A stretch of DNA of 63,413 nucleotides, counting the filler, from Octopus bimaculoides (Eukaryota): the NCBI RefSeq assembly GCF_001194135.2. It is 6 parts of 6 records of this genome, joined end to end, with 100 filler letters (N's around TTAATTAATTAA, not from the genome) between each part and the next. Parts side by side here need not be neighbours in the genome. Positions count along the whole stretch, not along the records: positions 1 to 29,253 come from NC_068981.1; 5 more parts are not named here. One strand, 5' to 3'. Position numbers and translations under genes: made by a program. This document shows, one piece after another, positions 11,118 to 25,016 of the stretch. Position 1 is the first letter of the stretch. The number at the start of each line of letters is the position of its first letter. The notes below the pieces were generated by a model, which ran no database searches, was not told the DNA's origin, and worked only from the letters and a program-made list of their open reading frames with translations.

Positions 11118-12170
11118 ACACACACACACACACATAACAAGACCTATGACGTTCCTTCTCCCAACACTTATTTCAAGGAAAACTTATGAAGAAAGAATAG
11201 AACACTCTACGATATATCTTTTGCTGTTTGTTTTACGTCATCTCATTTTTATCATCAAATACACAGTGTTGGACTTCCTCTTTCAGCTCTGGAAATTCGC
11301 TAAAATAAATATCAGTAATACATTATAAATTTGAATAAATTCCAATAATATACTATAAATTTAATCAACTCTAGTACAGAAAAATCGAGATTTATTTTTT
11401 TACGAAGTTAAAATCAGTGAAAGAATCAATGCATTTTCTACGAGACCTCACGTGAGACACTTAGCCTACAGCAGAAAATGACTGTTAATTGATTGAATCA
11501 CAAGACTTATATAATTAGCAGATAACTGATTAAGTGAAATATGAGTATTTTAATTTATTTCTAGTCGATGCTGCAAGATGTCATTCATAGCTTTACAGCT
11601 AGTCATTATAAGAAGCAGATACAAGTAATATCAAAATCAGGCGACGTCAATTCCAGTGGAACGTATTTCGAAAGCTATTCGTTCAGCATTCAAATATCTA
11701 ACTGAAATATAATCCGACCAACCTGTTAACTAGTTTATCAGCTTCAGATAATATGCATAGCCGCAATTTTCAGGAAACAATTTCAGCTATTTAACCTCAG
11801 CTATAGTTATTTCATCACGTGAGCCAGCTTTGGCGTGTCGTGGTCGTGTCACTGTGTGAATCTTCGTGGGCCACTTTCTTATCTAGAATGTCTAAATAAC
11901 TTGTATGTTTGGATTGCATAACACTCTAGTTATCTAGTTTTAGGGTAGAAAAATTTATGACGTAATTATATTGGCCTCCAGTGTTGGTCGTAACTTGGTG
12001 GTCTACAAAACGATGGAGCTTCTGAAATGTACCTTTTCTTATCACTCAGGATAAAACTAAGCGATCCCCGCTGGTGTGCGTCAGTATGAAATCTTTTACT
12101 TAATACGAAGGGGTTGGAGCAGAGTCACTTGAAAGTAAGCGAGAGAGAAAGAGTGAGTGAAGGAGAGAGT

Positions 12171-12208
<38 letters not shown>

Positions 12209-12613
12209 AGGATAGAGAAAGCGGGAGAGAGAGAAAGTTGAGAGAAGGAAACTGACTGATTAGCAAAGAGAATGAGTGATGTATAGGCAGATAAAGCTAA
12301 ATATAGAGAAAGAGGAAGCGAAACTGAAAGACAGAACAGGAAATAGTGGAAAAACTACAAACATTTTCAAAGAGGGAATGATAAGTGAAATAGAGAGAAA
12401 GAGGGGGAAATGAGCCAAAACATACCAACCCGTATATAAATGGACATATATTTACTATCACACATACGTACAGAGTTACATATATCTATGTGTGTGTGTT
12501 GTATTCGTATCATATGTACACACATGTACATACATATACACACACATACATACACACATACACACAGACTCATATATATATATATATACAAATACATACA
12601 TACATACATACAT

Positions 12614-12656
<43 letters not shown>

Positions 12657-13239
12657 TTTATTTATATATATATATATATATATAAATAATATATGAGTAT
12701 ATGCATATATATGTACATTTATGTACATACCTTCATCTACATGTATATATAGATGCATATCTATATATGCAAAAAAACATGAACAAAATGATAAACAAGG
12801 TACAGAAAACACACAGGCCACATAGAGAACATTTCCTTCTATATATATATATATATATATATAGTTAATGGTTACATTATAAATTGTAACCGCAGAAATA
12901 CTCACATATAGTAAAACCATTAACTGGAAGTAGTTGATAAAGGCCACTTTAATAAACTAAATAATATTTATCCGTCATTTATTATAATGCAATACATCGT
13001 ATCCACTCAGTGTAATGCACTCAACACGCATATGAATCAGTGCAATTTTCTTGCGGTTTTAGCGATGAAACGAGAGGAAAATATTTGAAACTGTAAACCC
13101 ATAAGGTTACAAGAATGGAATATATTTTAGCTTAAATGGTCTGAGTGCCAATTCAGCAACTTGTTTTTGTTTATTTTTTTAAATTCTTCTCCTTCTTATT
13201 TTATCGGTCATTAGTATTTAACACATTTTTTTATCTTTT

Positions 13240-13625
13240 ATTTTTCACTTGTTTTAGTCATTAGGCAGCAGCAATGCTGGGGAACCGCCGTGAAATTTTT
13301 TTTTTTTAAATCAAATGTTTCGATACCAGTCCTTATTTTTTAAAATACTGGTACTTACTCTATCGGTCTCTTTCGCCGAACTACTATGTTACGAGGACAT
13401 AAACACACCAGCACCGGTTGTCAAGTGGTGGTGAGGGATACAAAGACGCACACACACACACATTTACGACGGCTTTCTTTCAGTTTCCGTTTACTAAATC
13501 CATTCACAAGGCTTTGATCGACCTGAGGCTATAATAGACGAGGCCTAAGGTGACGCGCAGTGGGACTGAACCCGGAACCATGTGGTTAGGAAACGAGCTT
13601 CTTACCACACAGCCACGCCTGCGCC
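13240..13625 (-). mobile_element. SINE family A, near full length
   Basis: Reverse complement begins GGCGCAGGCGTGGCTGTGTGGTAAG...GGTTCAGTCCC and matches 49708-50085. Confidence 0.9.
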
Positions 13626-14379
13626 AAAATATTTTCTAAAGGTCATTTAATTTTGGTACCCAAAAGTGTTCCTTAAGCATGTTCCCAGAATAGTAGCCAA
13701 GCATATATACATATATACACGTACAAGCAAACATAGTTGGATATGTTGGAATCCGTGGGTGAGGATATTTAGTGTATGTTTGTATAAATATTTAGATCAA
13801 TATTTTTCTTCAACAGTTTAATCGTGGTTTTAGTTAATAATCGATATATTAATTCATGTGTCTATACATATGTATATATTTCTAAGAGTGAACGGCGAAT
13901 GTCTGAGCGCATGAGTATGCATATACACACACGCACACTCCCACAGTCACACACATACTTATACTCATACACATACACTCAGACGCAGAAATGTGTGTGT
14001 GCATGTGCGTGCAAATATGAGTATTTGTATGTATGAATGTATATACTTATATATAACTATAGTCATTCATTCATACATACATACATACATACATACATAC
14101 ATACATACATACATGCATACATACATACATACATACATACATACATAGAAACATATTTTTGATATAGGTGCGCGGTTACAAAGAGTGAGTCGGTTAAATC
14201 AACTCTAGGAGTTGACTCTTGATTTTATAACAGCAACAACAATAATAATAATAATAATATTGCTTGCTAATTGATCCATCTTGTTCCTTTGATTCCAGGA
14301 TCGTAAACAAAGAGGACGAAAAACAAAAATAAAAGCAAAAAATACAATCCCTTAAAATTTGAAATTGCAAAGGATTGTA

Positions 14380-14668
14380 CCTTAGAAATGGAGTAACTCT
14401 CAAAATACAAAGATCTGGAAACAAAGGTAACCCAAATGTGGGGCCGAAAAACAGAAACAGTCCCTATAATAATAAGCGTATTTGGTATGATTAAAAAACG
14501 TAGACAAATACATAACCAAAACACCAGGACTTACGAATGTATGTAACATACAGAAAATAGCACTGCTAGGCACCGCACACATCCTACGTAAAACACTTTC
14601 AATACAATGAAAATATGAGCACCACAACAAACCACGGTACATACCCAGGGCACACAGAACTGCATCCA

Positions 14669-14670
<2 letters not shown>
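14380..14670 (+). mobile_element. Older 3' fragment of the R4/Dong-like element
   Basis: Degenerate SKYKDLETKVTQMW...KIALLGTAHILRKTLSIQ*, followed by (AAT)n at about 14672-14764. Confidence 0.85.
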
Positions 14671-14763
<93 letters not shown>

Positions 14764-15652
14764 NNNNNNNNNNNNNNNNNNNNNNNNNNNNNNNNNNNNN
14801 NNNNNNNNNNNNNNNNNNNNNNNNNNNNNNNNNNNNNNNNNNNNNNNNNNNNNNNNNNNNNNNNNNNNNNNNNNNNNNNNNNNNNNNNNNNNNNNNNNNN
14901 NNNNNNNNNNNNNNNNNNNNNNNNNNNNNNNNNNNNNNNNNNNNNNNNNNNNNNNNNNNNNNNNNNNNNNNNNNNNNNNNNNNNNNNNNNNNNNNNNNNN
15001 NNNNNNNNNNNNNNNNNNNNNNNNNNNNNNNNNNNNNNNNNNNNNNNNNNNNNNNNNNNNNNNNNNNNNNNNNNNNNNNNNNNNNNNNNNNNNNNNNNNN
15101 NNNNNNNNNNNNNNNNNNNNNNNNNNNNNNNNNNNNNNNNNNNNNNNNNNNNNNNNNNNNNNNNNNNNNNNNNNNNNNNNNNNNNNNNNNNNNNNNNNNN
15201 NNNNNNNNNNNNNNNNNNNNNNNNNNNNNNNNNNNNNNNNNNNNNNNNNNNNNNNNNNNNNNNNNNNNNNNNNNNNNNNNNNNNNNNNNNNNNNNNNNNN
15301 NNNNNNNNNNNNNNNNNNNNNNNNNNNNNNNNNNNNNNNNNNNNNNNNNNNNNNNNNNNNNNNNNNNNNNNNNNNNNNNNNNNNNNNNNNNNNNNNNNNN
15401 NNNNNNNNNNNNNNNNNNNNNNNNNNNNNNNNNNNNNNNNNNNNNNNNNNNNNNNNNNNNNNNNNNNNNNNNNNNNNNNNNNNNNNNNNNNNNNNNNNNN
15501 NNNNNNNNNNNNNNNNNNNNNNNNNNNNNNNNNNNNNNNNNNNNNNNNNNNNNNNNNNNNNNNNNNNNNNNNNNNNNNNNNNNNNNNNNNNNNNNNNNNN
15601 NNNNNNNNNNNNNNNNNNNNNNNNNNNNNNNNNNNNNNNNNNNNNNNNNNNN

Positions 15653-15875
15653 AAAAAAATATTCAGACAAATACATAACAAAAACACCAGGACTTACAAA
15701 TATATATAACATACAGAAAATTGCACTACTGGGCACAGCACACATCCTACGCAAAACACTTTCAATACAGTAACCATAAGAGCACCACAGCAAACCACAG
15801 CACATACCCAAGGCGCGCAGAGCTGCGCTCGGTAGTGAAGTGAAAGCACGTTATAAAAATAAAACTACTGAACAA
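15653..15875 (+). mobile_element. Younger 3' end of the R4/Dong-like element
   Basis: About 7 differences in about 220 bp from the reverse complement of 6670-6900 by manual comparison; followed by (AAT)n. Confidence 0.9.
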
Positions 15876-15952
15876 TAATAATAATAATAATAATGATAAC
15901 AAAAACAAGAATAATAATGATAATAATAATAAAACTACTACTACTACTACTG

Positions 15953-15999
<47 letters not shown>

Positions 16000-16505
16000 G
16001 CTTATGTTTNNNNNNNNNNNNNNNNNNNNNNNNNNNNNNNNNNNNNNNNNNNNNNNNNNNNNNNNNNNNNNNNNNNNNNNNNNNNNNNNNNNNNNNNNNN
16101 NNNNNNNNNNNNNNNNNNNNNNNNNNNNNNNNNNNNNNNNNNNNNNNNNNNNNNNNNNNNNNNNNNNNNNNNNNNNNNNNNNNNNNNNNNNNNNNNNNNN
16201 NNNNNNNNNNNNNNNNNNNNNNNNNNNNNNNNNNNNNNNNNNNNNNNNNNNNNNNNNNNNNNNNNNNNNNNNNNNNNNNNNNNNNNNNNNNNNNNNNNNN
16301 NNNNNNNNNNNNNNNNNNNNNNNNNNNNNNNNNNNNNNNNNNNNNNNNNNNNNNNNNNNNNNNNNNNNNNNNNNNNNNNNNNNNNNNNNNNNNNNNNNNN
16401 NNNNNNNNNNNNNNNNNNNNNNNNNNNNNNNNNNNNNNNNNNNNNNNNNNNNNNNNNNNNNNNNNNATATATATATATATATATATATATGTATACATAT
16501 AAATA

Positions 16506-16549
<44 letters not shown>

Positions 16550-16957
16550 TATATTCTTATGTTCCTATATATATGCATCTGTATATAGATGTACGCATAT
16601 GTTCATGTCATCATAAATCATTATTTATTTAGGTGTAATGCAAACTATTTCAGAAATAAGCATTCAGAAAATCAAGTCCAAAAACAGTGTTAATTCGCAG
16701 TATGTTCGGCTCCGTTTATGCCACAATTTTCTTTATGAAACATATGGGAATTATAACATCGTATCACGTATATCGCAGTACACCTGACATTACAAGTACG
16801 TGTCAGCAGAGAGACTGTGAACGATGGTCGTTGTGCAGACTGCCACAATAACTCATTTGCTTGCTGTTGCAGATAAAATTTAGAGAACAATACTTTAGAA
16901 AATTACTCTAGTAATTTACTGACTAGTAGTTACCATATCTTTCCCAGCTCAGTTATG

Positions 16958-17700
16958 TTTGTCTTATCTTTTTCTTGTTTCAGTCATTGGACTGCAGCCA
17001 TTCTAGAGCATCGCCTTGACGGATTTAGTCAAACAAATCTACCCCAATATTTATTTTATTTGGGTCTTATACTTTATTGGAATCTCTACCAAACAGTTCG
17101 GTTACGGAACAAAAAGCAAGACAATACCGTCTGTCAAGCTGCGGAGAGGACACACACACACACACACACACANNNNNNNNNNNNNNNNNNNNNNNNNNNN
17201 NNNNNNNNNNNNNNNNNNNNNNNNNNNNNNNNNNNNNNNNNNNNNNNNNNNNNNNNNNNNNNNNNNNNNNNNNNNNNNNNNNNNNNNNNNNNNNNNNNNN
17301 NNNNNNNNNNNNNNNNNNNNNNNNNNNNNNNNNNNNNNNNNNNNNNNNNNNNNNNNNNNNNNNNNNNNNNNNNNNNNNNNNNNNNNNNNNNNNNNNNNNN
17401 NNNNNNNNNNNNNNNNNNNNNNNNNNNNNNNNNNNNNNNNNNNNNNNNNNNNNNNNNNNNNNNNNNNNNNNNNNNNNNNNNNNNNNNNNNNNNNNNNNNN
17501 NNNNNNNNNNNNNNNNNNNCACAAGCACACACAAGCACGCACGCACGCACACACACAGATGTATACGACGGGCTTCTACACAGTTTTCTCAACCAAATTC
17601 ACTCACAAGATATTGGTCAACTCGAGACTTTATTAGAATATGCTTCAATCACACGCGCAGAGGGAATGTGGTCGAGAACATTTGCTTACAAAGTGATCTT
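16958..17700 (-). mobile_element. SINE family A copy split by an assembly gap
   Basis: Tail part 16958-17150 and head part 17560-17700 match the family consensus. Confidence 0.7.
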
Positions 17701-20612
17701 GTTCTTGTCCAAAACGCTTAAATATCGTTGACCCCACAAATAGAAACAGCGGTGGAGAGACAGTATACATAATGCATGTATGTGTATGTGTGTGTGTACT
17801 CATGAGAGCGTGTAAGTGTGTGCATGAGAGTGTGAGGTTCTACTGCGTGGGTGTGTGAATGTGTTTGTGTAAGTAGAATTTTGTACGGACGTTCGTTTGT
17901 GTACGCATATGTTTGGGCGCAGCAAAGAACCGAAACAATAGATTACCAAGCGCATCAAAGGATCGTTGGTTAACATTATGCCACCACGACAGCGACACAG
18001 ACGAACATGCTTAATTGTGTTCAACTCGTTGCCAGTAGGCTTTATAGTGGTGACGTTGTAAAACTGACGAGCGTTTCATCGGCGTAACATGCTGAATTCA
18101 AGACTTCGTGTGGGTGTGGTACTGTTTTTTTCGGAGAAAGGTTAGCAACCCATCGCCTAAAAACAACTTATGTCCCACAGAGACAAGTGACATACAATGT
18201 ATTAGTCCGTGTGTGTGTGTGTTGCGCGCGCGCGCGCCTGTGTGTATGTACGTATGTATGTATGTATGTATGTATGCATGCAAATGTTTGTATGTATGTA
18301 TGCATGCGCATGTATGTATGTATGAATGCTTGCAAGCATGCATGTATGTATGTATATATGTATGTATGTATGTATATATGTATGTATGCATGTATGTATG
18401 TATGTATGCATGCATGCATGTATGTATATATGTATTTGTCTGCGTGTATGTGTACGTATGCGAATGGCTTGATGCGTTTGGTGAAAAGATGATGAATGAT
18501 GTGTAAGCATATATATTATGTATATGTATATTTACATGTATGTACATATGTTTATATTATTTGCTGCCAACGTAAATATTAATGCCTAGTGGTCGGTATA
18601 CTATATCAACACAACAGAAACAAAAACAAAATAAATATTTGCAAAAGCAGTAAAAGAAAACTCCAAACAAATATACTTAGCGTAGTTAACAAGAAGAAAA
18701 GAGAAAGAGAAAGGAGGACAGCGAGAGAGGAGGTGAAAGAGAGAGAGAGAAGGAGTAGGGCGGGAGGGAGGAGCCGGTACGGTGTGGGGGAAATGAATGG
18801 ATGAAATAAAACTTGCCAAACAACAAAAGCTGTAAGTACAATTTGTATAGTAAAGAGGATAAGGTTTCGTATTAAAGAGGGTGTGGGTGCAAGCGCGCCT
18901 TCTCTATTGTTGGACATGTTAGTTTTATTAAATACAAGTTCAGCAAAAATATTCGTATCGCTTATTATCAACAAATATGTTTCAAGAAAGTAACCGCTAT
19001 GCCAGTGCTCGATGTGATAGAAATACCAGGCAAAAATCTCCCTCGAATCACTGACATTTGTCTTATGGAGGAAAAAAAAAACGTTTGGGGCGCATTAGAT
19101 AACGTACTTCGAGATACATTATACTAGAAAGTATAACGTATATATGTAATACATAATGGCCGCAATAGAAACGCCTTTCAGCATAAGTCTGTAACCATCA
19201 TGGCTGACCACCAAACGGACAAGATGTTTTATAAAATGTGCGATTGTTGCATAAGTTTGTTGAAAAAGTATTTCTTTTCCAACATCACTGAATGTTTAAA
19301 AGATACGAATGCTTGTTGAAAAATACGTAAAACTACTATAGTTTGTCTTCGAGTTATATANNNNNNNNNNNNNNNNNNNNNNNNNNNNNNNNNNNNNNNN
19401 NNNNNNNNNNNNNNNNNNNNNNNNNNNNNNNNNNNNNNNNNNNNNNNNNNNNNNNNNNNNNNNNNNNNNNNNNNNNNNNNNNNNNNNNNNNNNNNNNNNN
19501 NNNNNNNNNNNNNNNNNNNNNNNNNNNNNNNNNNNNNNNNNNNNNNNNNNNNNNNNNNNNNNNNNNNNNNNNNNNNNNNNNNNNNNNNNNNNNNNNNNNN
19601 NNNNNNNNNNNNNNNNNNNNNNNNNNNNNNNNNNNNNNNNNNNNNNNNNNNNNNNNNNNNNNNNNNNNNNNNNNNNNNNNNNNNNNNNNNNNNNNNNNNN
19701 NNNNNNNNNNNNNNNNNNNNNNNNNNNNNNNNNNNNNNNNNNNNNNNNNNNNNNNNNNNNNNNNNNNNNNNNNNNNNNNNNNNNNNNNNNNNNNNNNNNN
19801 NNNNNNNNNNNNNNNNNNNNNNNNNNNNNNNNNNNNNNNNNNNNNNNNNNNNNNNNNNNNNNNNNNNNNNNNNNNNNNNNNNNNNNNNATATATATATTT
19901 ATAAAAAGTATGGGGGTTTAGTTCACAGGTGATCTAAATGATTAAGTTCGCTAGGTAAGTGCTGTAACGGATTATTGTGGCTCCGAGGTTATAGCCGAGA
20001 CGGTGGTTATGGATTCATTGCAGATTTCCGATGTAGCGGATATATAATTGTTAAAGAGGACAACAAGCGTACGTTAAGGTAAGGCAAACGGAATATCCCA
20101 TACTCTGGAATATCCCAGAAACACCTGCAAGACATTGAATTTTTTCCAATGATAATAATGTATATGACTTGAGATGTTTGCCTTGATTTAACGTTTGTTG
20201 TCCTCTTTAACAATTATATATATATATATATATATATTTTTGTGTGTGTGTTTCGCTTAGACATTGCGAGACCATTAACTCAGTGTAGAACTCAGTATAC
20301 GTATGTTTCAAGAGGAAATGTTGGCTGAGTATAGAGCGGAAATATGAAAGAGAGATGACAAAGGAATAAATGATTATCCTACGAAGTTCATTAGCTGCAA
20401 GTTAATGAAATTCAGAAGATAATCACTTATTCCTTTGTCATCTCTCTGTCTTATATATATAAACACACACACGCACACACACGCGCACGCACGCACACAA
20501 ACACTTACATACACACACGCAAATACACAAATACACACACAGATAAATGCATACACATATATACACACACTTATAAATACACACACACACACACGCACAC
20601 ACACGCACACAC

Positions 20613-20665
<53 letters not shown>

Positions 20666-21153
20666 CGAAGGGCTTCTTTCAGTTTCCGTCTACCAAATCA
20701 ACTCACAAGGCTTTGGTCGGCCCGAGGCTAGAGTAGAAGATACATACATACATACAAAACTATGGAGAACTGCTTCGAAACCTCCTGCTTTTATATTCAG
20801 AATAATAATTGGTGCACTTGATTCAGTGACAATCTGGATAAGCAAGGGTTTTCAGAAAATGGTATCAACAAGCTAATATAATTTGTAAGTGGAAGAGTAA
20901 AAATGTGTCAGACTTTTCTCAAGTTTAAAATGTGACGTTGTTTTCGTTACTCACGCTCTAACGATGGAGTTTTGTATCCTTGTTAGAATCCAGCTCCATC
21001 CTTAGAGGAAGAATTTAAATAATTAAAGACAGAAGAGAACATAATACATACATACATACATACATACATACATACATACATACATACACACATACATACA
21101 TGCATGCATACATACATACATATATACATACATACATGCATGCATACATATAT

Positions 21154-21684
21154 GACATAGTAATTTGAGACAGAGAAGAGAAGCTGTGTACAGTGGTCGA
21201 AATCAGATTCCTGACGGATGTTAACATGAAGCTAAACATCAGAGAAAAAGAGAATACCTACGCTGAACTATTGAGAAATCTACACTTACTCTAAGTCCAG
21301 ATTTATAATTGTAATTATTGGAGCACTGGGATATGTAACACACTAAGTACCAATGTTGAGAAATTAAGCTTCTCAAAACCAGGAAAGAGAAAACTGATTC
21401 GAAGACTACAGATCCACTCCATCACGGGAACTGTAAAATTGTGTAAAACTTTCCAGAAGTTTATCATTTAAGTAAATGTTTTGACATGCATGAGAATACA
21501 TACATAAAAGAAAACATACAAATCTGCACATGCAGTGGCTCCAAATACTGCATATATAAATACATAGATATAATAAAATACCCTGTTGATGTTGTTGAAA
21601 TTCTAATGAATGAGCTTTGGATCTAGGCCAGAAACCGGTTCTTTCTCTATTGGTCAGAAGCTTTGAAATAAAACTGAATAATGA
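21154..21684 (+). mobile_element. 5'-truncated copy of a second RLE-type non-LTR family, inserted in (TACA)n
   Basis: DIVI*DREEKLCTVVEI...NIREKENTYAELLRNL, frameshift, IIGALGYV...RRLQIHSITGTVKLCKTFQKFII* (stop 21469-21471). (TACA)n lies on both flanks. Confidence 0.8.
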
Positions 21685-22499
21685 CATACATACATACATA
21701 CATACATAATACATACACATACACACATACATACGTACACACACATATATACACACATATATTTGTTTTAATTTAATATATATTAACTCGAACTTGTGTA
21801 AAACGTATTAAACGAAGAACAGGAAGTGTCACACAATTGCAGAGTAGAATAAATAATTCATCCTTTTCTGAAGTAAAAGTAATTTATTGCTAGAACAGAC
21901 ATTCGTTTCATCAAGAGATATATTTATTTTACTTGTTATGACTTAATCAGAGGAGAAAGACGAGTCCATGACCTTCAAGATAAAAGGAACAAAAAAGTAA
22001 GTTGGACACAGAGGTTAATTTAGTAGGAAGCGATACATCACCGACGTGAGACCACAGATCTTGTACGAATGTTAGTAACAGAGTGGACCGCGCTAAAGAC
22101 AGTCAAAGGCTCGGTAATGGTGTTAAATCGGGCGACGGAATAAATTTATCACTGCCTAAAATGTAACATCAAAGTAGTTTCCGCAGTTTTGCCCCAGTTT
22201 CACTGACAAGGCTTGAGACTTACTTAGGCAGTGGTAGAAGACATTTGCTCAAGGAACCGCACAGTGGGATCGACTTTAGGTGTATGTGATTACGAAGCAA
22301 GCTTCACCATGCAGCCGCTACAGAACCTATTGTAGTGTATGCATAAGCAATCACGTGTTACAAGCAAGAAATTATTGAATTATTGCCTAATACCTATAAG
22401 CCATATTGTGTGGCCTATAGCCAATGAATTTGTTCACTGTAAAATAATCGTATTTCTTTTTAAGAAGTAGTCATGTAATCTTTATCAGGAAGGACGGGC

Positions 22500-22930
22500 G
22501 GATGTTAACCTGAGAATGAATGTGAAAGTGGCTGCTAAGGTTGTGGTTGTGTTAGTGATAAATGTGATAATGATAGTGATAGTGGTTGATATTCTAGGAC
22601 TAGATAATATGGTCTGTGTACGTGTAGAGATGGTTATTTTGGCGCTTGCAGTGGCGGTGTTTGGTAGCCGCCGTGATGTTAGTATGTTATTCGATATATT
22701 ATGTGTAGTTATGATCGTAAACGTCGTGACTCTTTTGGGTGTAACTCTAGTACAATCGAGATGGCTACATTTGTGTTGATAGTGATGGTGGTGGTATTGG
22801 TGGTTGCGTTGATAGTGGTTGTGGTGATAGTGGTGGTGATGGTAGTTGTGGTGGTTGTGGTGGCGGTGATGTTGGTGATAGTTGCGATGGATGTGGTGTC
22901 ATTGTTGGTGGTCATGTGTCTGTGTCTGAA
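22500..22930. repeat. Degenerate (GTG/GTT/GAT)n low-complexity tract
   Basis: Visible triplet periodicity; gives poly-V/poly-T ORFs. Confidence 0.85.
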
Positions 22931-24967
22931 TGGTTTGTCGGTCGACACAGTGAAAGGTGCAATAAAATATATGTTAGAGATATCGAAGATATAAATTAAC
23001 AACTGAAAGCACCGCCTTATTAATGTAACCTCTATCGTAATTGATGCGCGCGTGTGTGTGTGTGCGTGTGCGTGTATGTGCCTATAAGTTTGTGTGTGTA
23101 CGTATGTTTATGTGATACATATATATACAAATGTGTGTGCGCGCGGGAGTGCATTATTTCTAAGTGTGTGTGTGTATCTGCACTTATGTATACGTATAAG
23201 CGGGTGTGTATACACACACATGCACACACATGCACACACATGCACACACACAGACACACACACATGGTATACTGTTCGCTTGGTGATAGGGTCAGCAAAA
23301 AAGTCCTCAATCCAGCGAGAGAGGTATATCATTCAATGAATATAGGAGTTATACGTGAACTACTTAAAGTTTCATGCTAAGTCAAAGCATTCATCGGACA
23401 AGATCGTATAGCGCACCGTGCATGATGCAGTAATCGATCAGGTTAAAAAATGAGCAATTGACGCCAAGAACATCAAAAAGATTTTTCCTTTGCTATTAGA
23501 GACAAGTTTCCGCCGCAAGTAGTTATTATTTATAGGTTAACGGAAACTGGATGTTTGTATTTGCTAGCATCACATATTGGAGTACAGTATCTTTTTCTCC
23601 AATCGTTCATTTAAATATAGCTAGATGGTTTGTTGGGTAAAAAAAGATTTATTATAATCTGCCTAGAAATGAAAGAGACTTTGCGTGTGAGAAGTATCAA
23701 CCGTCTAATAAAACATAACACCATCAACAAAACATAAAGTTTATCCCACTCCATTTATACAATTATCGTTGAAAAACAAACAAAAGAAGAAAGAAATTCA
23801 CTATTAATAAAATTACCAGTAGCATCGACACCACAGTCTCTACCACCATACCAGTGTCACCAACACCACTAATTACCTAGCTGTCACTATCACTAATGAA
23901 CCCCCACCATCACCACCATCTCTATCCAAACTAAAATTCTCATCAACAACATCCAACATGAACATCAACATCAACATACAAACCAGCGTCACTATTACCA
24001 CAAAAGCACTACCAAAACTTTTACAGAGACAAAAACAAAAAAGGTAACAAAAATAAAAAAAAAAATAGTAAAATGCAATATGCTGTCATACCACAGCTGA
24101 GTTAGTAGTCTCAAGTCTCAATCTCTTCACCATACTACTATATTAATGGAGTCTAAAGTATGTAATTTATCTTCGCCCTACCGTATGTCAACTATGGAGA
24201 AAACGTTAGTCAACTTAATAGATTTTCCACTGCAATATATACTTTAAGTGATTTCCTTTTTGTTTTTCCTTCTATTTCATTCAAATTTTTCTTATTATTA
24301 TTCCAACATCTCGTTAAACAACAGCAGACGATAGAATAAATATTACAACATCGTCCCTCCAAACAGCAGACGAGAGTAAATAATACAAAAAATCATACAG
24401 GAAGTCAATAAATGCTCTTTTTCTTGTTTTCAGACTCTTACATTTTCGTTTTTCTTTTGTTTTTCTTTCTGTAATTTCTTTTTGCTTTCATTCATTCTCT
24501 TTCGTTATCTTATTTCTTTTCTGGTAATTTTTTCTTGCCGCGCTTTTTTAAAAAAAATTTCTACCCTGTTCCCTTTCATTATTATTTTTCCCACTCTTTT
24601 TATTTATTTACTGTTGAAAGAGTTTATGAGTGTGATAGTACAAGTATGTGTATTTTTGAGTGAGAAATGTGTACTCGCGTGTGCCTGTGCTTGTTTGCTT
24701 GCACATGTCAATGCAACTAATTCAAATACATACATATAAATGCGTGTGTATACATATATATGTATATATGTATTCATGTATAATAAGTATATATATATAT
24801 ATATATATATATNNNNNNNNNNNNNNNNNNNNNNNNNNNNNNNNNNNNNNNNNNNNNNNNNNNNNNNNNNNNNNNNNNNNNNNNNNNNNNNNNNNNNNNN
24901 NNNNNNNNNNNNNNNNNNNNNNNNNNNNNNNNNNNNNNNNNNNNNNNNNNNNNNNNNNNNNNNNNNN

Positions 24968-25016
<49 letters not shown>

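Noticed and set aside
11447-11825. Two TCACGTGA E-box/HRE-like palindromes upstream of the globin exon
   Set aside because: CACGTG occurs at several other places in the window, including inside SINEs. There is no evidence of a nearby TSS.
20024-20078. Possible 55-nt plus-strand exon (TTGCAG...AAG|GTAAGG); similar candidates near 21950 and 25880
   Set aside because: No homology and no consistent chain of phases.
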